Source of the DNA: a bacterium
GTDB lineage: Bacteria > Patescibacteriota > Minisyncoccia > 1-14-0-10-42-19
Reading direction: 5' to 3'
NCBI GenBank assembly: GCA_030690215.1
Contig: JAUYHD010000011.1
Span: forward strand, 1-55,030
DNA length: 55,030 nucleotides
Below, piece after piece: positions 30,674-39,663 of this stretch. Made by a program: the position numbers and the translations under genes. The notes below the pieces were generated by a model. It worked only from the letters and a program-made list of their open reading frames with translations, ran no database searches and was not told the DNA's origin. Every line of letters starts with the position of its first letter. Positions within the stretch are counted from its first letter, which is position 1.

Positions 30674-30757
30674 TGAGTTACGCGTTAAGAGTTAAGGGGT
30701 CACGAGTTAAGGGTTAAGGGTTCAGGGTTATGAGTTATTGGTTACGAAATTAAGTTA
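30674..30757. repeat. Degenerate heptamer tandem repeat (G[AG]GTTA[ACT])
   Basis: gagttac gcgttaa gagttaa ggggtca cgagtta agggtta... Confidence 0.75.
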
Positions 30758-30904
30758 TTTTCATATGGGTATATTATTTACAACACGCATATGTATGATT
30801 ACTCCTTAATCATTCTCTTGAATTCCTCCACCAAATCTAGCGTTTTTATATATGAAGATCAGCAGGTTTCGTTACACGGCTCAATCCCCTAATAGAACCA
30901 CAGA

Positions 30905-31183
30905 CTAGTCTGTGGTTCTATTAGGGTTAGGGGTGAGTTTTTTGCGAACGAAAATAAAAAACTGTTCTGCGTTATGCAAAATGGTTTTTGTTTTTTTATG
31001 TATTGTCGTTAGAAAAAATTCTTTCCCCCACTCTCGTATTTTTCCCAAAGATTCGAGGTTCATTGGGACATCTTCGGACTCAACACCAGATTTGACCGCC
31101 ACCGCCAATGCGGCAACATCTGCGACTAAAAGCGGAAAAAAAATTATACCAAAAAATACCATTACGACTGCCAGTATCGGCAT
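30905..31183 (-). CDS. Small hypothetical protein with N-terminal hydrophobic segment
   Basis: ORF only. Confidence 0.45.
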   Translation of the reverse strand: MPILAVVMVFFGIIFFPLLVADVAALAVAVKSGVESEDVPMNLESLGKIREWGKEFFLTTIHKKTKTILHNAEQFFIFVRKKLTPNPNRTTD

Positions 31184-31417
31184 TCATTACGCAGGCCCCT
31201 ATCGGATGCGCAGAAAACTGCGTCTCTATATAAAAACAATAAGGCGGTACCAAAACCACAACACTTCAATACTTTAAAGTATTGAAGTGTTGTGATTCCG
31301 TATAAAAAATCCGTATAAAAAATAGTACTGCGGTCTCAAAAAAATAAAAAGCCTTACGCAATGTCAACATATTGCGTAAGGCCTATTTTAAAAGAGAAAA
31401 AGAAAAAAGTTTAAAGG

Positions 31418-32134
31418 TTAAGAAACTACTAGACGAACGCCATAGCGCGGACTCAAGCTATCAACACTATACCAGAACACAAACACCTCCTCGTAGTCCG
31501 AATCCCAAAGCACGCGCGGAACGCTGCCATCTACGCTGCGAGAGGCCGAACACTTAGTTGCCCCTTTGGCATCTAAGTGTTTACCTGTTTGGTCAAAATA
31601 CCACTGTCCAAAAACCATTCTCTCAAGAAGCGTCATTCCGATGTCCATATTGGGATCGGCAACCGTAACTGGTTTACCAAGGAATTCTTTATCTGGTTCA
31701 ATACTATCAAGCACCCATATTGCATACGACTCCCCTGCAGTTCTTGTGTTTGTTGGAACTGACGCATCTAGATCGCTCGTATACCTCCACTTACTAAAAC
31801 TCCACGCATCATACATCTTATTAGGCGTCAGCCCTTTTGCAATAAAAAGAAGGACCCACAACCCTTCGGATGGTTTAAGTGGAATGGCTACTTTACTAAA
31901 ATCAACATCCCAGTTAAGATGTTTTTTATAAAACTTTGAAAATTGCTGACGTTCTTCAAAATATTCGTCAGCAATCGCAAATGATACAAGTAAATGCTCT
32001 TTGTACTCTTTTTTATGAGAAAGCCAGTACGCGATTTGCTCTGGCGATACCTGCACCAAACATTGAACTGTATAGCCGGCAAGAGCGCCCATTTCTTCAA
32101 TGCTTACTTCTATGGATTTTGTGCTACTTTTCAT
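31418..32134 (-). CDS. Hypothetical protein with DGR-target-like (CLec-type) C-terminal variable region
   Basis: C-terminus SRSVDGSVPRVLWDSDYEEVFVFWYSVDSLSPRYGVRLVVS*; TLLER motif; AGGAGG SD and TTGACA promoter. Confidence 0.7.
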   Translation of the reverse strand: MKSSTKSIEVSIEEMGALAGYTVQCLVQVSPEQIAYWLSHKKEYKEHLLVSFAIADEYFEERQQFSKFYKKHLNWDVDFSKVAIPLKPSEGLWVLLFIAKGLTPNKMYDAWSFSKWRYTSDLDASVPTNTRTAGESYAIWVLDSIEPDKEFLGKPVTVADPNMDIGMTLLERMVFGQWYFDQTGKHLDAKGATKCSASRSVDGSVPRVLWDSDYEEVFVFWYSVDSLSPRYGVRLVVS

Positions 32135-32253
32135 AGCATGTCCTCCTATTTTTAGATTTGTGAAAGTACAAAAACACTTATCACATAAGAAACATACTGG
32201 CATACCCAACAAAAAATGTCAAGCAAAATCTGCCTGCTGGCAAGGCAGGTCTA

Positions 32254-33222
32254 TCAAATCATTTTCTTGAATTCCTCCACCATTGGCACGGCTTCGGATT
32301 CAACGCCGTACATATCCGCAATATGAAACGCTGTAACATCCGCAACAAGTAACGAAGAAAAAATTTTATTCCATATCGTAGCGCCCTGCGACTCTACTGT
32401 TTCTACCGCAAACCCACGTGCCTCATACAGTTTTTTACATACATCCATGCGTTTTTGTATTTTTGGGTGATCGGCAACATCTTTCAAAAAAATAAAATGA
32501 AATTTTTCACTCAAAGATTTTGTTTTTTCCGCTATATCAAACCCCGTCATCTCATTATGATTTAATTCAGGAAATATATTATAAAAAGCAGGAATTTTTC
32601 CGGTTTCGTTCAGTTTAATTTTCCAATTATACGCAATTGCTTCATTGTGACGCGACGCATAGATTACAGGAATCTTGCCCTCCAATTTTTTGGCAAGCGC
32701 TGTTCCTTTTTTCTCCGCTTCTTTTACATCAAGAGTCTCCTGAAGTTTCGCGGTTTCTACGAGCGCATCTTCCATTGAAAGCATTTTCATAAGTGCTCGG
32801 AGATGCAACCCCACCGCAAGCCGTGGCTGAATAGTGCTGTTCGGCAATTGAATATACGCGACTCCTTTTTCTTTCGCGCGCGCTAAAAGCTTTCCTCCCG
32901 ACGCAATAACCGCAAGAAGCGCTCCCCTTTTTTCGGCCGTATTGAATGCATCAATTGTTTCTTCGGTATTGCCGGAATGCGAATTGCACACCACCAAACT
33001 TTCACGCAAAAAATCGCTTGAAACAAACGGAAGCCCATAATCGCTATGCACCATAATATCCATATCGCGATATGCCATTGTTAACAAATCGGATGCGAGA
33101 TGAGATCCTCCCATTCCTACAGAAATAACGTGCTTATCGTACCCCAGCGCTTCCGCGTTTTCTATAACCGGTTCGTACCCGAATTGCTTCGGAAATTCTT
33201 TAATTGCCTTATTCGTTGCCAT
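32254..33222 (-). CDS. Bifunctional phosphoglucose/phosphomannose isomerase (SIS domains)
   Basis: GMGGS, SHSGNTEET, QPR, WKIKLNETGK, PELNHNE. Confidence 0.93.
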   Translation of the reverse strand: MATNKAIKEFPKQFGYEPVIENAEALGYDKHVISVGMGGSHLASDLLTMAYRDMDIMVHSDYGLPFVSSDFLRESLVVCNSHSGNTEETIDAFNTAEKRGALLAVIASGGKLLARAKEKGVAYIQLPNSTIQPRLAVGLHLRALMKMLSMEDALVETAKLQETLDVKEAEKKGTALAKKLEGKIPVIYASRHNEAIAYNWKIKLNETGKIPAFYNIFPELNHNEMTGFDIAEKTKSLSEKFHFIFLKDVADHPKIQKRMDVCKKLYEARGFAVETVESQGATIWNKIFSSLLVADVTAFHIADMYGVESEAVPMVEEFKKMI

Positions 33223-33308
33223 GTGATTATTGTATCACTTCAAAAAAATAAAAAAATAGTGTATTATAGATGTGGCTTACATTCAAAAAATGACACAGAG
33301 GTGGCACC

Positions 33309-34280
33309 ATGAAAACATATGCATACAGGCCAAAACAAGTTTTTTTAGTAGATCCAGTATATTTTAGGCTGCGCAGCGAAAACGCACATGATAACATGGA
33401 GATACAACCCGACCACAAACTGCAATGCACCCAAACAGCAGTTGCATGTAATATGTATACGAACTTGCGGCTAAACGCGTTTTTAATACCCCCTCACCCG
33501 TATCTTGAAAGTCTCATATACCCCACTAATGATTTTATGGGGCATCCCGACCCACAGAGAAAAGAAATTATACTTTCCAACATGCTTCTTGATACGAGAT
33601 TCCACGAACCGGAAGAAATAGCAAAATGGTTCCCGCTCCCGGGCTACACAATTCACAAGATACCCAGAATAATCCGCACATCATCCGGTGAAACAATAGA
33701 AATGACCTTTGAAGGGTTCGGAGATATGCTCCCCGGAAGAGACTGGTGGTTTGCAGGCATCGGACAGCGCACAACAAAAGAAGCAGTACAATATGTGGCA
33801 CGGCATTTTGGGCTAGAAGAAGGAAAAATTGCCTATCTTCGCCTGGTAAACCCCTATTTCTATCATCTGGATACCTGCCTCCTTTCGCTCCGATACACAA
33901 ATCACCTGATATATTACCCCGGAGCTTTTGACGAACACACTCTACAATTTTTACGAACACTCGTATGCGAACGATATGAGGTAAGCGAACATCTCGCAAA
34001 AGACTATCTCATCTGCAACAGCGCTCCGCTGGGTAATATAGTTGTACTGAACGCTCCGTTCGAAGGAATCTCAGAAAAATCCATGATCAGAACTGCTCAA
34101 GGCATACTTCTCTCAAAAGAAGACCGGCGCTTTCGGGAAATAGAAGAGCGTTCATCCGAGTACGCTGATTTCATCCGATATCTCTGGAGTTTGGGATATA
34201 ACACAATACCCGCATACACATCCGAAGTCCGCAAAGACGGAGCAGGAATATTCTGTCTTTCAAATTTCGTGCATCTATAA
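33309..34280 (+). CDS. Amidinotransferase/pentein (arginine deiminase/DDAH-related) family
   Basis: FEGFGD, FYHLDTC, K-GAGIFC catalytic Cys. Confidence 0.85.
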   Translation: MKTYAYRPKQVFLVDPVYFRLRSENAHDNMEIQPDHKLQCTQTAVACNMYTNLRLNAFLIPPHPYLESLIYPTNDFMGHPDPQRKEIILSNMLLDTRFHEPEEIAKWFPLPGYTIHKIPRIIRTSSGETIEMTFEGFGDMLPGRDWWFAGIGQRTTKEAVQYVARHFGLEEGKIAYLRLVNPYFYHLDTCLLSLRYTNHLIYYPGAFDEHTLQFLRTLVCERYEVSEHLAKDYLICNSAPLGNIVVLNAPFEGISEKSMIRTAQGILLSKEDRRFREIEERSSEYADFIRYLWSLGYNTIPAYTSEVRKDGAGIFCLSNFVHL

Positions 34281-34329
34281 AAAGAAGTAAAAAAAAACCC
34301 CATATGGGGTTTTTTACATCTTTTCTCCA

Positions 34330-34623
34330 TTACTGCCATTTAATAGACGAGCGCAAATATTGGATGGCATCAATCAATTTATCATCATTATCAGCCCCAT
34401 CAAACATTTCCCAGCAGGACGCATAGTATTCTTCCACGTTGTTTCTCAAAAAAGAATAAGTTTTTTCATAATTTCTTCTCATTTCCTGGACAGAAGCAAT
34501 AATAATTTGCCGGTGTTGATTTAACTGTTCTCTTGTTAGGGGCTTGTCATCGCTACCGGTAATTTTATCCAGATAGTCGCGTAATGTAAACTTATCTCCT
34601 ACACTGTTGGGCTTGTCTACCAT
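34330..34623 (-). CDS. Hypothetical protein
   Basis: GAGGTG SD; shared bidirectional terminator at ~34290-34316. Confidence 0.55.
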   Translation of the reverse strand: MVDKPNSVGDKFTLRDYLDKITGSDDKPLTREQLNQHRQIIIASVQEMRRNYEKTYSFLRNNVEEYYASCWEMFDGADNDDKLIDAIQYLRSSIKWQ

Positions 34624-34756
34624 ATCAATCACCTCTTTATTATAAATTTACTCCATCTACCTCACAGCGTAGCAAGGAGAAAAATAGAAATCAACAACTT
34701 GCCCGCCCAGTAGAAACTATCGAGACCCCTTAATAATGGCATTATTAAGATTTTAC

Positions 34757-34785
34757 TTGACAAAGCTCTTATAATTTGCTATAAT
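34757..34785 (+). promoter_or_regulatory. Consensus sigma70 promoter
   Basis: TTGACA-17 bp-TATAAT with TG extension. Confidence 0.85.
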
Positions 34786-34836
34786 CGCCAATGAAAATTA
34801 AGCAAATTCTTTTAAATCAAAAAGGAGAAATGAAAA

Positions 34837-35301
34837 ATGGTTCATGTCCTAAGGACAATTCTAAGGCCGTTCAGACATTTAAGCGACATGATTAACAAAC
34901 TTCCATTATCAGGAAAGTTTTTTGTACGCCGCATTTTATTTTGGGCTTATACATCTACGCCGGATAGAAAGATGCGCAATACACTTCTTGCCCTACTTGT
35001 TCTCGTGGCGCTTATTTTTTTCCACAGCTCACAAATGGTTATGGGCTGGGATCTCTACAGTAAGACGTCTTTGGTTTTTGCCCAAATCGTCGGAATAACT
35101 TATGGGATTCTTAACGCTCTTGTTATTTACTCGCATTGTATTTTGTCAATAAGACTAGTGGGTATGGCTCGTAGGTCTTATCAACATTGCAGTTACAGAC
35201 GGCGCCAGACATCATTGCGTTCAACCACATATATGTTATTTTGTTTTGTGGTTACTCTTGGCGGACAAATTGTTTTTTTAACAACCTACTTTCGAATATA
35301 A
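34837..35301 (+). CDS. Hypothetical membrane protein
   Basis: AAGGAG SD, consensus promoter, three hydrophobic segments. Confidence 0.7.
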   Translation: MVHVLRTILRPFRHLSDMINKLPLSGKFFVRRILFWAYTSTPDRKMRNTLLALLVLVALIFFHSSQMVMGWDLYSKTSLVFAQIVGITYGILNALVIYSHCILSIRLVGMARRSYQHCSYRRRQTSLRSTTYMLFCFVVTLGGQIVFLTTYFRI

Positions 35302-35836
35302 ACTATCGAACATTCATGAAAAAGTTTTTATCAAGGTCCCTTGCATAATAATGCTTGGGACTTTTTATTTTATCTTATTAATTTTAACTTATTAATACTT
35401 TGTGAAAAATACCGAGGAATAAAAAACCCATCCGGCAAGAATCAAGTCCCGATATACCGATGATTTCGTAACCACCCTAGAGCGTCCATACCACCCGCAC
35501 GGGCTAGCCTACGCCTTCTTTCCCGACGGTTTGGTCGGGGCTCCGACTTCAATATTTTGAATTTATAACAGTGCGTCGGAGCTTAAGAGGGAGCAGTCCC
35601 GATCCAGCTTTCCATTGTAGATAATTACGTGAATAGCGGGATCGAGGATCCTCGATATTGCGTCCGCCCTGGAGGGCTCGTCCGCCGTCTCCGCCGGCTG
35701 GCGGAGACGGCGGATTGCGATTTGCAATCGCGCGAAGCGCGAGCAAATCGGGAAAACCTACGACCTTCTCCTTTCCGCCATAGGCGGATCAGCCTCTGGC
35801 TGAAAGGGGGGGATTTAACTTGAATTCAGTATTTCG

Positions 35837-35909
35837 TCCGCCCAGCAGGATTCGAACCTACGACCTTCTCCTTAAGAGGGAGCAGCTCTACCAACTGAGC
35901 TATGGGCGG
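35837..35909 (-). tRNA. tRNA-Lys(CTT), CCA not encoded
   Basis: CCGCCCA/TGGGCGG acceptor, AGCTCAGTTGGTAGAGC, CT-CTT-AA loop, GGTTCGAATCC. Confidence 0.88.
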
Positions 35910-35925
35910 ACGAAATATTGGATCA

Positions 35926-36171
35926 TCAATTATTTAACATTTCATCAAGATATTTTCTGCCGATGCCTGATTTCAAAAAATTTTCGCGTTTTCTCGCCTC
36001 TGTTTTATTATCACATCCTTCTTGATAAATTAATTCAAAGGGCCCATTTCTTTTGGTGAATTTACTCGCACCATAATTATGTTGCTTCAACCGCTCTTTA
36101 GGTAATAATTCTGTACTCCCAGTATAGCGCTTACCATTCCTTAAGCTTTTTAATACATAAACAAATGACAT
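35926..36171 (-). CDS. Stand-alone GIY-YIG nuclease
   Basis: FVYVLKS...RYTGST, ERLKQHN, EA-KRE-FLKSG-GR. Confidence 0.93.
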   Translation of the reverse strand: MSFVYVLKSLRNGKRYTGSTELLPKERLKQHNYGASKFTKRNGPFELIYQEGCDNKTEARKRENFLKSGIGRKYLDEMLNN

Positions 36172-36320
36172 ATGTAAAGAAAATATCTTCTCCTTTCCGC
36201 CATAGGCGGATCAGCCTCTGGCTGAAAGAGGGAGCTACTCTACCAACTGAGCTAAGGGCGGACGCAATATCGGGACTCTACTAATTCCGACGCTTAATTC
36301 GGGACTACTAGCGGAAAATA

Positions 36321-36668
36321 TCAATTCTGACTATTTATTAGCCCTAAAAGCATTTTGGATATTTCTTCGTATTTTTCATAAAAATATCTGAATCGCTTTT
36401 CATCTATTAACCTATCATCATAAATTAATTCCAACAATGACACGCATTCGTACACGGAACCGCGAGCTATAATATAAAATCTTTTTTTATCTGGCTTAGA
36501 AAACTTCCCGCTGCCCTCGGCAATATTAATAACGCTACTGATTGACGCTCGTTTTAGCTGATCTCTAATATAAGAATCTATTCTTTTTTCATACCTCAAA
36601 AATAGAATTATCTCTCTATTCAGAACTTTTGCCTTACTATATACGGTCAATTTTTCAAAATCAAACAT
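36321..36668 (-). CDS. Four-helix-bundle protein (23S rRNA IVP/Avd-like family)
   Basis: FEKL-VY, DQLKRASIS...NIAEG, F-IARGS-YEC. Confidence 0.92.
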   Translation of the reverse strand: MFDFEKLTVYSKAKVLNREIILFLRYEKRIDSYIRDQLKRASISSVINIAEGSGKFSKPDKKRFYIIARGSVYECVSLLELIYDDRLIDEKRFRYFYEKYEEISKMLLGLINSQN

Positions 36669-36802
36669 AAGATTGTAGTTTGTGTGAGTGTGAGTAGTTC
36701 GTAATTAGAAAAAATTTTCGCTTTCATTTAAGCGTTTTATGGTAACCCCAAATACTAATTACAAATTACTCATTACTCAAAATTTGAGCGTTAGCGAAAA
36801 TT

Positions 36803-37288
36803 TTACGTATGCCTATCGGCAAGCACGAACGCACCAAACGAGTACGGCTTTACCGCGGCTTCAAATCCGTATCCTTTCACCATGCCCACAACAGCATCTA
36901 TTAAATCACGCGTCGGGCCATTCTCGCCTACATCCAAATGAACCGTCAAATTATTGTTCCAAAAAAATTCTTCTCCAAGTTTATCCTTAAGGGCGCTTCG
37001 CAATTCCTGGGTAAATACAATTGACCGCATCGTCTCCTTAAAAATTCTGTCCTGAAGCGTCCCGCATTTTTCGGGCAAAGAACGCGACCAAAAATATCTC
37101 CCTCCATTCCCTATGCGGTGCACCCCCACCGCCGTCACAAAACATACTTCTTTTTCGGCGCGAGAGTCGCTCCCTACCACAATGTGATAGCGTACATCAG
37201 GTTTTTGGCGGATATACGAAACAAGCTCTTCTATGAGCCCATCAAAAGTAAAGCTTCCTACACTATTATGAAAATGTTGGTGAGTCAT
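36803..37288 (-). CDS. RNase H-like YkuK family protein
   Basis: VGSDS, HRIGNGGRYFW, VHLDVG-NG-T, KP-SFGA..ADRH. Confidence 0.88.
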   Translation of the reverse strand: MTHQHFHNSVGSFTFDGLIEELVSYIRQKPDVRYHIVVGSDSRAEKEVCFVTAVGVHRIGNGGRYFWSRSLPEKCGTLQDRIFKETMRSIVFTQELRSALKDKLGEEFFWNNNLTVHLDVGENGPTRDLIDAVVGMVKGYGFEAAVKPYSFGAFVLADRHT

Positions 37289-37289
37289 A

Positions 37290-37434
37290 CCCCGTTAGGC
37301 TAAATCGAAAAACGTCTTTCTTACAAAACCGCAGAAGATATTTCGATGTTTACCTTTGTTTGTACTTTTAATATTCATACTTTGTATTACCCCGCAAGAC
37401 GTAAAGGTTTTGCTTTCGATTTTGCCATACGGGG
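37290..37434. repeat. C-class hairpin element C1, 1 bp upstream of the YkuK start codon
   Basis: Flanks CATA/CATG; homologous to 49672-49816. Confidence 0.9.
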
Positions 37435-37446
37435 CATGTATTTCTA

Positions 37447-38259
37447 TTATAAAAGACTGCTCTGGACATCAGAGTGAAGCTGATATTCCTTGTCGGTACG
37501 ACGCGCGCGAAGAATTCTATCAAGCTTAAATATGCGATTCCCCTTGCGAAGGTGGCAATATCCCTCAATAGTTGCCGTATTCAATGTATATACGTCAACT
37601 AATCGGGTATTGAGCGAACCGCCTCCATGTTCAGGATTTTTTGTCACATAATCAATTTCAACGCTCCTTCTGGAATCAAACGCGTCTTTCAATACCTGGA
37701 ATACATTCCCCTGGAACTCTTCACCCCATCGCACAGGAATAGACACCTCGCCCAACGCGTCACGCGGAACGAACTTTATATGTCCCTGCTTTTTCCCATA
37801 TTCATATAATTCCTTTGTAACTTTTACATCTTGCACGCAATAATCTTTAACTTCCTGTATCCGTCCTTCGCGAAACCACTGGAGTGCTTGTAACCCGTCA
37901 GCGCTCTTTGAGATGCTCAATGTTGTCCGCGCCAGATTATCAAGCGACACGCGAAACCCTACTCCGCGTACTACATCATCCATCATATCAAGCATGGGAA
38001 CTTCTTGCAGATTAATAGATGTGTACGGCTGAAGCACGGGAATATCAAATCCTGTGATATTAAACCCAACCAACAAATCAGTACTGCGTATCATGTCTTC
38101 AAATTTCTGTAATTCGTGCTCCTCAAATACATGATACTTGTCATCATCCGATGTGTGAGCGGCAAGAACAGAAATACCGAGTTTATCCACAAAATCGCGA
38201 CCGCCGACTTCGGCAAATTCTTTTTTTGTTTCAATATCAAAAACGATAATATTTTTCAT
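37447..38259 (-). CDS. RNase_H_2 (YprB-like DEDD exonuclease) domain fused to C-terminal WYL domain
   Basis: VFDIET, GFN-GFD, YC-QDV; then VEIDY...GYCHLRK-NRIFKLDRI. Confidence 0.85.
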   Translation of the reverse strand: MKNIIVFDIETKKEFAEVGGRDFVDKLGISVLAAHTSDDDKYHVFEEHELQKFEDMIRSTDLLVGFNITGFDIPVLQPYTSINLQEVPMLDMMDDVVRGVGFRVSLDNLARTTLSISKSADGLQALQWFREGRIQEVKDYCVQDVKVTKELYEYGKKQGHIKFVPRDALGEVSIPVRWGEEFQGNVFQVLKDAFDSRRSVEIDYVTKNPEHGGGSLNTRLVDVYTLNTATIEGYCHLRKGNRIFKLDRILRARRTDKEYQLHSDVQSSLL

Positions 38260-38369
38260 TGGAAATGATTATAGCACAAAAAAAAATAATCACAACACCC
38301 ACATGTAAAGCGGTTATTCAAAAAGAAGGCCGTACGGCCTTCTCCCCGGCACGCGTCCCGGCAATGGCA

Positions 38370-38771
38370 TTAAAATGGAGCATCAATCGCAAATATACCC
38401 GCCCCCATTATGACTAACGAAAGCGCGATAATAAGCAGGGCAAGTTCAAATTCCCATCCGTTTACAAATCCCTTTTTGCGCGCAACTAATACAATCGCAA
38501 AAAACATATTAACCGCAAGCAAGAGTGCTACGGGCTGAACAAAAAGTCCGATAATAAGAAGAGCGCCCCCGAAAAATTCAAGAATACCTATCCAAAGAGT
38601 CCACGCTGTCGCGGGGCGAAGACCCAGACTTGCAAAAAATGCCTTAGTTTCCGAGAATTTCTTAAATAATTTTGGATATCCGTGAAGAATAAAAATAACA
38701 CCCAAAAAAACCCGCAGAATAAAGGGAACCGTAAACCAAAAATCAAATAATTGAGGAAATACGCTTGGCAT
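38370..38771 (-). CDS. DoxX family membrane protein
   Basis: LRVFLG-IF-LHG-PKL, EFFGG, GWEF, GAG-F-ID. Confidence 0.9.
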   Translation of the reverse strand: MPSVFPQLFDFWFTVPFILRVFLGVIFILHGYPKLFKKFSETKAFFASLGLRPATAWTLWIGILEFFGGALLIIGLFVQPVALLLAVNMFFAIVLVARKKGFVNGWEFELALLIIALSLVIMGAGIFAIDAPF

Positions 38772-38942
38772 ACTATTCTATTCCTACGAAATTACGAACC
38801 TCTACGAAAGTACGAAATAGAAATTAAATTTTTTCGTACTTTCGCGCTTTTTCGTATGTTCATAGGCTTTATCTTTTTCGTATTTTCGTACAGTTTCGTA
38901 TGTTCGTAGGAAATCTTGCCATACGAAGCATGTACATCTATA

Positions 38943-39614
38943 TTATACATGTTTTTGGAGCCATGCAATAATATCATCTTCCAGTTTTTGATATACGGAA
39001 AATAGATGAATGCCGTGCCCCCCCGTCTCAAAAATTTTTATATGTTTATTCTCTGAAGCAACTGCATCAAAAATTTCTTTGCCCATAACCGTAGCCGAGA
39101 TACCATTCCTTCGTATGTCATCTTTTGCCGCAATAATGTAAACATTTTGGTGCCCGGATACAGCACGCGCCGACGGAAGCGTTTGGATGCCATGATAATC
39201 AATACCCGCCGAAAGCATTACCGCTCCGTTTATTTCTTTCTCTTCCGCGAGAATCTGCAAAGCAACATTTGCCCCGATTGATGCCCCTACAACAAAAAGT
39301 GGAATATGGCTCTCATTTTTTTGAAATAAAAATCCCGCACGAGCATCTTCAATGCTTTTTTTTGTTTCATCTTCCGAAAATGACCGATATCCATCGGGAC
39401 CGCCATCCGATTCACCATGTCCCCGAAAATCAATCGCAAGAACCCCAAATCCCTTGCTCTGCAGTTTTTTTGCAAAGCCATCCCATGATTCTTTCGTTTC
39501 GGGCAGCATATGCAAAAGCAAAACGGCGGGACTTCCCTTTTCCCATTTATAATGAGTGCCGATAATAGCTACACCGTCTTTCGTTTTTAATTCTATGCGT
39601 TCTTGCATCTGCAT
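38943..39614 (-). CDS. Alpha/beta hydrolase
   Basis: LLLH, DFRGHGES, GASIG, GHG. Confidence 0.9.
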   Translation of the reverse strand: MQMQERIELKTKDGVAIIGTHYKWEKGSPAVLLLHMLPETKESWDGFAKKLQSKGFGVLAIDFRGHGESDGGPDGYRSFSEDETKKSIEDARAGFLFQKNESHIPLFVVGASIGANVALQILAEEKEINGAVMLSAGIDYHGIQTLPSARAVSGHQNVYIIAAKDDIRRNGISATVMGKEIFDAVASENKHIKIFETGGHGIHLFSVYQKLEDDIIAWLQKHV

Positions 39615-39663
39615 ATATAATATGATACTATACCACTAACTATGTTTTAAAAGGAGAATATGA

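Larger units (their letters stand above)
35655..36269 (-). pseudogene. Fragmented outer tRNA-Lys copy (3' part 35661-35808, 5' part 36187-36262) with hairpin insertions
   Basis: tRNA segments interrupted at the T-loop and anticodon loop; 42-bp direct repeat 35765-35806/36187-36228. Confidence 0.75.

Noticed and set aside
36321-36668. Four-helix-bundle genes as the Avd of a local DGR
   Set aside because: Motifs fit the stand-alone IVP type and neither has an adjacent template repeat or reverse transcriptase
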